Assembly: GCA_041659405.1 (NCBI GenBank)
Contig: JBAZYK010000003.1
Location: 60,001 to 92,000, forward strand
Length of the DNA: 32,000 nt
DNA from: Candidatus Altimarinota bacterium
GTDB taxonomy: Bacteria; Patescibacteriota; Gracilibacteria; UBA1369
Direction: 5' to 3'
In this document: positions 25,667-32,000 of the stretch, piece by piece
How the letters are laid out: each line of letters opens with the position of its first letter
How positions within the stretch are numbered: the first letter of the stretch is position 1
Position numbers and translations under genes: made by a program
Notes under the pieces: model-generated
Seen by the model: the letters and a program-made list of their open reading frames with translations, nothing else
Told to the model about the DNA's origin: nothing
Database searches by the model: none

Positions 25667-25691
25667 ATTTTAATTAAAAATTATAAAAACT

Positions 25692-25773
25692 GTGTTCGGA
25701 TTTCTGTACGTTTTCTGAGCACATCCGGGGTAGGGGCCCTGTGTGCGAAGGAAATGTACAGAAATCTGGACAC
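25692..25773 (+). repeat. Long-stem hairpin element, copy 8 (rpsD|rpoA)
   Basis: Arms GTGTTCGGATTTCTGTACGTTTT/GAAATGTACAGAAATCTGGACAC with four G-U/U-G pairs on the + strand, plus tandem G.A; loop at 25724-25741. Confidence 0.9.
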
Positions 25774-25777
25774 TCAA

Positions 25778-25801
25778 CCATTACTAATTACTAATTACTA
25801 A
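25778..25801 (+). repeat. Tandem heptamer leader (CCATTAC TAATTAC TAATTAC TAA) upstream of rpoA
   Basis: 7-nt periodicity ending 13 nt before the ATG. Confidence 0.85.
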
Positions 25802-25814
25802 CCCCCTTTCTAGA

Positions 25815-26792
25815 ATGCATCAGATTCAAGAAGAAATCGGCATCCCAAAGATTAAAACTGAAAGAATCAGTAATAATCATGCGATTTTTACGGTTAGTCC
25901 ACTTCCACCCGGATATGGAATGACAGTTGGTAATTCTTTCCGCCGAGTACTTTTATCTTCTTTGCCTGGTTCATGTGTCACCGGGATCAAAATCGATGGT
26001 ATAAGTCATGAATATTCAACAATTAAAGGAGTAAAAGAAAGTGTATTGGATATCACTTTAAATTTGAAACTTTTACATATCAGAAAAACCACAAAAGAAC
26101 CTTCCATTTGCACATTACATATCACAAAAGAAGGTCCGGTTTATGCCAAAGATATCAAATGCCCAAGTGATGTTGAAGTTTTAAATGGCGATCAATATAT
26201 TACAACCGTTGAAAAGGGCTGCAAACTCAATGCGGAACTTCGTGTTGAAAAAGGTGTTGGTTATATTCCGGCTCATTACCGTGTAAAAGAAGAAGGCGCT
26301 GACCCTGCAATGATTGTTATTGATGCGATCTACTCACCGGTTAAAAAGGTTCGTTATGATGTGGAAGCAACTCGTGTAGGTCAAATGACCAACCTTGATA
26401 AATTGAGCATGGAAGTAATGACAGATGGCTCAATCACGCCAGAAGATGCTGTAAAATTCTCTTCCAATATTCTTCAATCTTACTTCAATCTTTTCAACCA
26501 GGAAAATGCCATGGTTGAAGCTGATTACATGTCAGATTTCAAGAAGATCGTTGAAAAAGAAAAAGCTGAAGAGAAAAACAAGCCGGCTCAGGAAAGTTAT
26601 ACTCCTATAGAAATCCTTGGTTTCTCACCAAGAACACTCAATGCTTTGATCAATGGTGGCATTGGTTCTATTGAACAATTATCAAAATGTACCGAAAGTA
26701 AATTGACTAATCTCCGTGGTTTTGGTAAAAAGGCACTCACAGAGGTAAAAAATGCCCTCAAAGCCAAAAATATGACTCTCTCTGAGGAATAA
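25815..26792 (+). CDS. rpoA: DNA-directed RNA polymerase subunit alpha
   Basis: …PLPPGYGMTVGNSFRRVLLSSLPG… N-terminal domain, a C-terminal HhH-like …LGFSPRTLNAL…, and gene order. Confidence 0.96.
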   Translation: MHQIQEEIGIPKIKTERISNNHAIFTVSPLPPGYGMTVGNSFRRVLLSSLPGSCVTGIKIDGISHEYSTIKGVKESVLDITLNLKLLHIRKTTKEPSICTLHITKEGPVYAKDIKCPSDVEVLNGDQYITTVEKGCKLNAELRVEKGVGYIPAHYRVKEEGADPAMIVIDAIYSPVKKVRYDVEATRVGQMTNLDKLSMEVMTDGSITPEDAVKFSSNILQSYFNLFNQENAMVEADYMSDFKKIVEKEKAEEKNKPAQESYTPIEILGFSPRTLNALINGGIGSIEQLSKCTESKLTNLRGFGKKALTEVKNALKAKNMTLSEE

Positions 26793-26806
26793 TAAGAAAT
26801 TACTGT

Positions 26807-26884
26807 GTTTGGATTGTGGAATGTTGGCTGAACACATCCGGGGTAGGGGCCCTGTGTGTGAAGACAATATTCCACAATCCAAAC
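26807..26884 (+). repeat. Long-stem hairpin element, copy 9 (rpoA|rplQ)
   Basis: Arms GTTTGGATTGTGGAATGTTG/CAATATTCCACAATCCAAAC. There is a compensatory CA>TG / TG>CA change relative to copies 4 and 7. Loop at 26837-26854. Confidence 0.9.
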
Positions 26885-26914
26885 TGAAAAATATTAATCA
26901 TTAATTAAACTAAA

Positions 26915-27268
26915 GTGAGACATCAGAATTCACAGCCGAAACTTAGCCGTCCACGAGATGCACGTCGTTTGCTCCTTGGAAACCTGGCAACTTCTCTCAT
27001 CACTCATGAGAAAATCCAGACAACCAGAGCAAAGGCAAAAGCTGTTCAACCAATCGTTGACCGCCTAATCACAATTGCTAAAACCAAGGACAAGATGATT
27101 GCAATCCGTGAACTTAACCGCACTCTTCAAAGCGAACTCAGTTCAAAAAAAGTTATGGAAGAACTAACAAAGCGCTATGCGGAAAGACCAAGTGGTTTTA
27201 CCAGAATTACTCAAATTAAATTCCGTCCCGGTGACGCCGCGTTAATCGTCCAAATCGAATTGGTGTAA
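26915..27268 (+). CDS. rplQ: 50S ribosomal protein L17 (GTG start)
   Basis: MRHQNSQPKLSRPRDARRLLLGNL… N-terminus. Confidence 0.95.
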   Translation: MRHQNSQPKLSRPRDARRLLLGNLATSLITHEKIQTTRAKAKAVQPIVDRLITIAKTKDKMIAIRELNRTLQSELSSKKVMEELTKRYAERPSGFTRITQIKFRPGDAALIVQIELV

Positions 27269-27293
27269 CAGCTTTGCTACGCAAAGCCAAAAC

Positions 27294-27321
27294 TCATTGC
27301 TTATTACTAATTATTAATTAC
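27294..27321 (+). repeat. Tandem heptamer leader (TCATTGC TTATTAC TAATTAT TAATTAC) upstream of rplM
   Basis: 7-nt periodicity ending 6 nt before GTG 27328. It is preceded by mini-hairpin GCTTTGC-TAC-GCAAAGC at 27271-27287. Confidence 0.85.
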
Positions 27322-27327
27322 TCAGTC

Positions 27328-27759
27328 GTGAAAACTTATTCTCCAAAAATTGAAGACATCAAGCGCCAATGGTTTGTAGCTGATGTAAAAGGCAAAACAC
27401 TCGGCAAGGTTGCCACTAAAGTTGCCGATATCATCCGTGGAAAAAATAAACCAACTTATTCTCCTCATCTTGATTGTGGTGATTTTGTAGTCATCGTGAA
27501 CGTAGAGGAAATCAAATTAACAGGTAATAAACTTAAAGATAAAGTTTATAATCATCATACCCGCTACGCAAATGGTTTACGTTCAACTACTCCGGATGAA
27601 TTAATCCGCGTTGGTAAGGCGGAACGAATTCTTTTCCATGCAGTTGCCGGAATGATTCCTCAATCCAAACTCAAGAAGGACATTTTAAGAAAACTAAAGA
27701 TTTTTACCGGAGCAGAACACAAACATTCCGCCCAGGAACCTAAAGTTTTAGATCTATAA
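27328..27759 (+). CDS. rplM: 50S ribosomal protein L13 (GTG start; the ORF-track start 27274 is rejected)
   Basis: (M)KTYSPKIEDIKRQWFVADVKGKTLG… matches the canonical L13 N-terminus. The upstream part of the ORF translates the heptamer leader. Confidence 0.93.
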   Translation: MKTYSPKIEDIKRQWFVADVKGKTLGKVATKVADIIRGKNKPTYSPHLDCGDFVVIVNVEEIKLTGNKLKDKVYNHHTRYANGLRSTTPDELIRVGKAERILFHAVAGMIPQSKLKKDILRKLKIFTGAEHKHSAQEPKVLDL

Positions 27760-27760
27760 A

Positions 27761-27788
27761 AAATTGCTAATTACTAATTGTTAATTGA
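27761..27788 (+). repeat. Tandem heptamer leader (AAATTGC TAATTAC TAATTGT TAATTGA) upstream of rpsI
   Basis: 7-nt periodicity ending 8 nt before ATG 27797. Confidence 0.85.
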
Positions 27789-27796
27789 ATATAAAA

Positions 27797-28234
27797 ATGG
27801 CTGACACAACAATCACAGCACCGGCTAAAGCAAAAAACCCAGGACAGGAATATTTTTACGCTTCCGGAAAACGCAAAACTGCAATCGCCCGCGTTCGTCT
27901 TTATCCAAAAGGCAAAGGCAGCGTAGTAATCAACGAAAAGCCGGTTGAAGAATACATTAAACTTCAAACCAGCAAAGGATTAATGCTTTCCCCTCTCCGT
28001 ATTACGGGATTGGCTAAAGAGTTCGATATTTCCGTAAAAGTTATTGGTGGTGGTGTTAGCGCACAAGCTGAAGCCATCCGCCATGGAATTGCCCGCGCAC
28101 TACTTGCATACAACGACGCTTTAAGAGCTACATTAAAAAAAGCCGGCTTCCTAACACGCGACGCCCGCATCAAAGAACGCAAGAAACCAGGTCTAAAACG
28201 TGCACGCCGAGCTCCACAGTTTAGCAAAAGATAA
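27797..28234 (+). CDS. rpsI: 30S ribosomal protein S9 (ATG 27797 preferred over TTG 27785)
   Basis: …YASGKRKTAIARVRL… and a …RRAPQFSKR C-terminus. Confidence 0.95.
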   Translation: MADTTITAPAKAKNPGQEYFYASGKRKTAIARVRLYPKGKGSVVINEKPVEEYIKLQTSKGLMLSPLRITGLAKEFDISVKVIGGGVSAQAEAIRHGIARALLAYNDALRATLKKAGFLTRDARIKERKKPGLKRARRAPQFSKR

Positions 28235-28295
28235 CCTTCGGTTATCTTTGCGCCGGCCCTACGCCGGCCTAGCAACCAAAGCATCCCGAAGGGAT
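28230..28295 (+). other. Three mini-hairpins in the rpsI 3' UTR: GATAACC-TTC-GGTTATC, GCCGGC-CCTAC-GCCGGC, ATCCC-GAA-GGGAT
   Basis: Perfect short inverted repeats. The first overlaps the stop codon. Confidence 0.7.
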
Positions 28296-28333
28296 ACCTT
28301 ATCCCAAAGTTGCACACAATTACTCCGAAATTC

Positions 28334-28360
28334 AAAAACCCCGCTCACGCGGGGTTTTTT
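28334..28360. terminator. Bidirectional Rho-independent terminator (A5-CCCCGC-TCAC-GCGGGG-T6)
   Basis: GC-rich 6-bp stem flanked by an A-run and a T-run. It lies between convergent rpsI and the minus-strand ORF 28392-28637. Confidence 0.85.
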
Positions 28361-28391
28361 AGTTGAATCTGTTAATTTATGGAATTGGGAT

Positions 28392-28637
28392 TTATTGTCT
28401 ATCGTCTTCTTCATCAACACCAATATCTTTTCCATCATCAAGATCAGTACCAGCAGCAGCTTTAACTTTTGCGCCAAAGCCTTTTAAACTTGCAGCAAAT
28501 GCCTCATCATCAAATTCTAAACCCTGTGATCGATCTGCCCCAACTACCGTCGTTTGACTAACCGCAGCACCTTCAACGGCATGAACCTTAGGAACTTCCC
28601 CATTATCCAATTTTCGACGATTTGAAACTCCACCCAT
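28392..28637 (-). CDS. Hypothetical acidic protein (81 aa)
   Basis: ORF with its own good promoter match upstream and a terminator downstream. Confidence 0.45.
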   Translation of the reverse strand: MGGVSNRRKLDNGEVPKVHAVEGAAVSQTTVVGADRSQGLEFDDEAFAASLKGFGAKVKAAAGTDLDDGKDIGVDEEDDRQ

Positions 28638-28663
28638 AATAAATTGATATTAAATACGACTAC

Positions 28664-28691
28664 ATCTTAACATATTCCAAGGAGATGTCAA
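28664..28691 (-). promoter_or_regulatory. sigma70-like promoter on the minus strand (TTGACA-16 nt-TAAGAT)
   Basis: Reverse complement reads TTGACA (28691-28686) and TAAGAT (28669-28664). Confidence 0.5.
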
Positions 28692-29049
28692 GAGGCTGCG
28701 CTAAAAATACGGTTATTTTGGCTTTCCAGTAAGCAAAGTGACAACTACTAAATTTTCTGTTTTAATGTCGGAATCCGGGACATCCCGAAAATCCATACTA
28801 AATAATATTTTACACAAAGGTGCAAGTTAGCAAGAGCAAGCCAAAATCCAGCCATAAATTCCGTCCCGTCCCAAAATTTCGAGTTATACAATGTGAATTA
28901 TATTTTGGCAAATTGGCAGAAACAAGGCTTGATATTCAATCACCTCCAACTTTTGCCAGGCACTACTGCCTTTGCCTCTGATCAAAAATCCTTGCAATCA
29001 AAGGTGGCTGTTTTCTAACAACGTCTACCATAAGATTTGCTTTAAATTT

Positions 29050-30414
29050 TTAGCCACCGATCGTAACTTTTTTATCAGGCAATTGAGGAATAGCCCGATT
29101 TATTCCTGGCAAAATCGAAGTCACTTTCACCACACTGCTCTCTCCTTTTCCTACAAATTCCACTTGAGTATTTACTCCATTAACAGAGTATGACCAGCTT
29201 TGGCCGGCTAAAACCTGCTTTTCCCTTGGACTTAGATGAGTAAAGGCATCATTTATATAATCATAGAAAACCTTGGCGTGAGTCTTTGGATCGCTCTTAC
29301 CACTTGAGTCAATTTGATCAAGAATAGCATTATATCTCTGTTCTCCAGGCAAAACTTTTGGCAAAACATCCTTTTCAGCATCAATAAACATAGGTTCATC
29401 AGGTGCTTTATCTGGAGCTTTTGGCTTATCAACACGTGAAAAATCCGCAGCAGAATGGAAAATAGTAACATTTTGAGCTCTTCCCATAATAGGGCTAATA
29501 AGTCCGTCCGGTTTATGAGAACTAACGCTTAAATTTAGTTGACCACGTTCTCCACGTGTAAAAACAATAGAAGTACTGATACCATTGAAATCAAAGTGCA
29601 TTGGATCGATCGGACGCCTTCTTTCATATGGGTCCTTAGGCATTTCAAACAACAAAGCTTTCTCTTCCTGTGTTAGCTGTCTCAATCTAGCACTAATATA
29701 ATCGTAAACAACCTGCGCATGAACATTTGCATTATCTTGCCCTTCAACATCAAGAATATGTTTACGCATATCCAAATATAATTGAGTCTGTTCATGATTT
29801 CCAAATTCCAATGTTATTTTAGCAAAAGCATCACCAAATTTTTGCTCCGGTGTGCGTTTATCAACCGATTCCGGTGGCTTTGGAGCCTCAGGCTTAGGGG
29901 GAGCATCTTTTTGTAGTTGACGTACATCACCACTAACATCAGGGAACTTACCATTATTCAAAAGTGCCAAATAAAGATCAGAGGCAGCCTTATTAACATT
30001 TCTTTTTTCAACTTCCGTCAAACCATTACCACGATCTATACCACCATTGCCATTCCAATCTGGCCAACCATTTGAATCAATGTAAGATTGATTACCTTTC
30101 TGTCTCCTAGCATCGATGCGATGGCCCTGCATTATATCAGTATAAAGTGACCTGATTTTCTCATAGGCAATTGGATTCTTTTTCTGAAACTGTTTATCTT
30201 TTAAAGCTAAAACTGCTGCATCAACTATATCCTGTCTTCTTTCTTTTAAATCTTCCACTTTAGGTAAAAAATTTTCATCGGTTCGACCGGCAATTTCCTG
30301 TGCTGTTTGTTTATCCGCTTTTGAAACTTCCTGCTGAGGTTTACCAGCTTCAGGTCCCTGCTGATAAGCAAAGCGAGGTGAACGATTGAATGTGAAACAT
30401 TTTAATAATTTCAT
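29050..30414 (-). CDS. Hypothetical protein (454 aa) with an internal tandem domain duplication and Pro/Lys/Ala linkers
   Basis: Long ORF. Two paralogous segments (…HAQVVYDYISARLRQLTQEEKALL… and …HAKVFYDYINDAFTHLSPREKQVL…). No family recognised. Confidence 0.7.
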   Translation of the reverse strand: MKLLKCFTFNRSPRFAYQQGPEAGKPQQEVSKADKQTAQEIAGRTDENFLPKVEDLKERRQDIVDAAVLALKDKQFQKKNPIAYEKIRSLYTDIMQGHRIDARRQKGNQSYIDSNGWPDWNGNGGIDRGNGLTEVEKRNVNKAASDLYLALLNNGKFPDVSGDVRQLQKDAPPKPEAPKPPESVDKRTPEQKFGDAFAKITLEFGNHEQTQLYLDMRKHILDVEGQDNANVHAQVVYDYISARLRQLTQEEKALLFEMPKDPYERRRPIDPMHFDFNGISTSIVFTRGERGQLNLSVSSHKPDGLISPIMGRAQNVTIFHSAADFSRVDKPKAPDKAPDEPMFIDAEKDVLPKVLPGEQRYNAILDQIDSSGKSDPKTHAKVFYDYINDAFTHLSPREKQVLAGQSWSYSVNGVNTQVEFVGKGESSVVKVTSILPGINRAIPQLPDKKVTIGG

Positions 30415-30432
30415 AAATTTTGTTGTTAATTT

Positions 30433-30792
30433 TTATGTTAATGAATTAAGTAAATTATTGGCTAGCATCTCCTCATTTTTTCTTTCAGAATTTTCTTTTT
30501 TTGAAATATTTTCCTTTGTTTCAAATTGATCAAACTCTTTTAGGGCTTTGGAAAGCAGATATAAAGTTTTGAGTTCGTCTTCTGAGTCAGTTGAATTTTG
30601 TTCTGAGTCTAAGGCAATATTTTGAACCGGAACACCAATATCAGCTTGCTTGATCGCCTTTATGGCATTTTCAATTTGCGCATCACTGTAATCGCTTATC
30701 TTACCCAGCAATTCAAAAATTTGCTCCTTTTTTAGAAGAGAAAGAAGCTTAGACTGAGCAATAGTTTTAAGAAGTAGCCTTGTGGATGACAT
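30433..30792 (-). CDS. Hypothetical protein (119 aa)
   Basis: The ORF ends 18 nt upstream of the 454-aa gene on the same strand, so it is probably co-transcribed. Confidence 0.5.
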   Translation of the reverse strand: MSSTRLLLKTIAQSKLLSLLKKEQIFELLGKISDYSDAQIENAIKAIKQADIGVPVQNIALDSEQNSTDSEDELKTLYLLSKALKEFDQFETKENISKKENSERKNEEMLANNLLNSLT

Positions 30793-30826
30793 TTTTATTT
30801 TTGTTTATTTTAAATGACTTCAGAGA

Positions 30827-30854
30827 ATGATAACATGAATCCCCCCCCCGTCAA
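30827..30854 (-). promoter_or_regulatory. Candidate minus-strand promoter (TTGACG-16 nt-TATCAT) whose -35/spacer is a G9 homopolymer (C9 on +, 30841-30849)
   Basis: Reverse complement reads TTGACGGGGGGGGATTCATGTTATCAT, about 35 nt upstream of the 30792 start. Confidence 0.45.
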
Positions 30855-30941
30855 GCAAGATTGCCAAAAATCCGCATAAGAACTCAAAGAAAAGAGCTAA
30901 AATACGCCCGATAACAAATCTCAAATAAATTATTGATTATC

Positions 30942-31024
30942 GTGTTCAGGATTTTAGGAATTTTCCTGAATACATCCGCCGTTGCGCCCTGTGTATTCAG
31001 AAAAATTCTCAAAATCCTGAACAC
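30942..31024 (+). repeat. Long-stem hairpin element, copy 10 (upstream of trmD), with a diverged loop
   Basis: Termini GTGTTCAGG…CCTGAACAC as in the other copies, and inner stem CTGAATACA/TGTATTCAG. The loop is TCCGCCGTTGCGCCCTG (30975-30991), not the consensus. Confidence 0.8.
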
Positions 31025-31043
31025 CCCTTAATAATTGAATCGC

Positions 31044-31784
31044 ATGCGTTTTGACCTCCTCACCATTTTCCCGGAAATTTTTGATTCTTACCTAAAAGAA
31101 AGCATCATTAAACGCGCTCTTGAAAGCCAGAAAATCAAGATTGTGGTTCATGACATTCGTAAATTCAGCAAAGATCGGCATCATAAAGTGGATAGTACAC
31201 CTTATGGCGGCGGCGCAGGCATGCTGATGGCTCCTCAGCCGATTTATGACTGCATTGAATATGTAAAAAAATTTAATCGGGGCCCTGTAATTTTTATGAG
31301 CCCCCGCGGAAAAATCCTCAACCAGCAAAAAGTTGAGCAATTAGCCAAAATCGGACTCAGCAAAAAAAATTATCCCTGCAAAATTTTGCAAACAGCCAAA
31401 CTGGCCGAAGAAAAATCCTCATCCCTAAAGTCAAAATCAGCCAAAGAAAACGGCCTTATTTTGCTTTGTGGCCGCTATGAAGGCATTGATCAGCGCATCA
31501 TTGATTTAGCCGTTGATGAAGAACTTTCGATTGGAAAATTCGTTCTAACCGGCGGAGAACTCGCAGCAATGATCGTTGTGGATGCGGTTAGTAGATTAGT
31601 TCCGGGCGTTCTGGGAGATGAAGCTTCACACGAAGAAGAAAGCTTTAGCAAAGCCCTAAAACGCAAAAAAGAATATCCCCATTATACCCGACCGGAAGTC
31701 TTTAAAGGCCTGGAAGTGCCGGAAGTTTTGCGTAGTGGCCATCATGCCAAAATCAAAAAATGGCGGGAAGAAAAATTGAGCTGA
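31044..31784 (+). CDS. trmD: tRNA (guanine37-N1)-methyltransferase (ATG 31044 preferred over TTG 31035); carries a ~25-aa insertion
   Basis: MRFDLLTIFPEIF…PYGGGAGMLM…LLCGRYEGIDQR… motifs. Confidence 0.93.
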   Translation: MRFDLLTIFPEIFDSYLKESIIKRALESQKIKIVVHDIRKFSKDRHHKVDSTPYGGGAGMLMAPQPIYDCIEYVKKFNRGPVIFMSPRGKILNQQKVEQLAKIGLSKKNYPCKILQTAKLAEEKSSSLKSKSAKENGLILLCGRYEGIDQRIIDLAVDEELSIGKFVLTGGELAAMIVVDAVSRLVPGVLGDEASHEEESFSKALKRKKEYPHYTRPEVFKGLEVPEVLRSGHHAKIKKWREEKLS

Positions 31785-31866
31785 TTTTAATAGAATCCAT
31801 CCCTGAAAAGCTTTCCTAAATCCCCCATCTGACATACAATTTGCACAATCATCTATCCAAAGAATT

Positions 31867-32000
31867 ATGAATGAGGCGCTCAAGTCGCTTTTGGCCCAAC
31901 ACCAATCTTCATTAGACGGTTTATCAAATGAGGAAGCCCAAAAACGACTAATCACTTTTGGTAAAAACGAACTTATCGCTGGCAAAAAAAAGTCTTATTT
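31867..32000 (+). CDS. 5' end of a P-type cation-transporting ATPase (partial; runs off the window)
   Basis: MNEALKSLLAQHQSSLDGLSNEEAQKRLITFGKNEL… is the typical N-terminal P-type ATPase signature. Confidence 0.6.
   Translation, partial: MNEALKSLLAQHQSSLDGLSNEEAQKRLITFGKNELIAGKKKSY

Noticed and set aside
5999-26884. The long-stem hairpins as Rho-independent terminators
   Set aside because: None is followed by a U-tract. They are followed by CAAC plus the A/T heptamer leader and then the next cistron. Real terminators with T-runs exist at 1215-1243 and 28334-28360.
27274-27327. ORF-track starts for rplM (27274), rpsI (27785) and trmD (31035)
   Set aside because: The extensions translate the hairpin and heptamer leader (…LLLIINYS…) or begin at TTG. 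The canonical N-termini (MKTYSPK…, MADTT…, MRFDLL…) begin at GTG 27328, ATG 27797 and ATG 31044.
28700-29049. The ~350-nt apparently non-coding stretch as an ncRNA or tRNA locus
   Set aside because: I could not find a tRNA cloverleaf signature (no GTTCGAATC-type T-arm) or any convincing conserved structure. The + strand ORF 28972-29193 is antisense to the 454-aa gene. I left it unannotated.
5999-31024. The repeated hairpin elements as a CRISPR array
   Set aside because: Copies are separated by 0.4-8 kb of conserved genes, not by short uniform spacers. Each copy is itself a long palindrome with variable arms. No cas genes are present.
1-32000. Alternative genetic code (UGA recoding, as in some candidate phyla)
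   Set aside because: All conserved genes read through intact with the standard code and end at expected lengths. No in-frame TGA interruptions were needed.

Overview
This window holds a nearly complete str-S10-spc-alpha ribosomal-protein supercluster on the + strand: rpsL-rpsG, fusA-tuf, then rpsJ through rpsI, including secY, adk, map, infA, rpmJ and rpoA. The DNA is AT-rich by eye. Several traits look CPR/Patescibacteria-like, which is an inference: there is no L30 gene between rpsE and rplO, many r-proteins carry low-complexity tails, and most leaders lack a Shine-Dalgarno sequence. Three accessory segments accompany the cluster. (i) About 4.9 kb is inserted between rpsG and fusA and carries small hypothetical ORFs, a SemiSWEET-like PQ-loop protein, an MFS transporter and a minus-strand Bcp peroxiredoxin. 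(ii) A minus-strand cluster of three hypothetical genes sits at 28392-30792. (iii) trmD and the 5' end of a P-type ATPase lie at the right edge. The most unusual content is non-coding. Ten copies of a ~76-83 nt long-stem hairpin carry a near-invariant 18-nt apical loop (TCCGGGGTAGGGGCCCTG). Their arms covary between copies, and their G-U and G.A mismatches are strand-specific. They sit at gene junctions of the r-protein cluster, and I cannot assign them to any RNA or repeat family I know. Other recurring signals are tandem heptamer leaders (TAATTAC/TAATTAT/TAATTGA) directly upstream of about 20 start codons, a four-copy two-hairpin module ending in GCAGGCATAGCA, many mini-hairpins in unusually long intercistronic spacers, a boxA-like sequence in the tuf leader, a SemiSWEET cassette that appears to split a hairpin repeat, and a C9/G9 tract inside a minus-strand promoter spacer. 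No tRNA, rRNA, CRISPR array or transposase was seen. All coordinates were counted by hand, so small errors of 1-2 nt are possible for non-CDS features.
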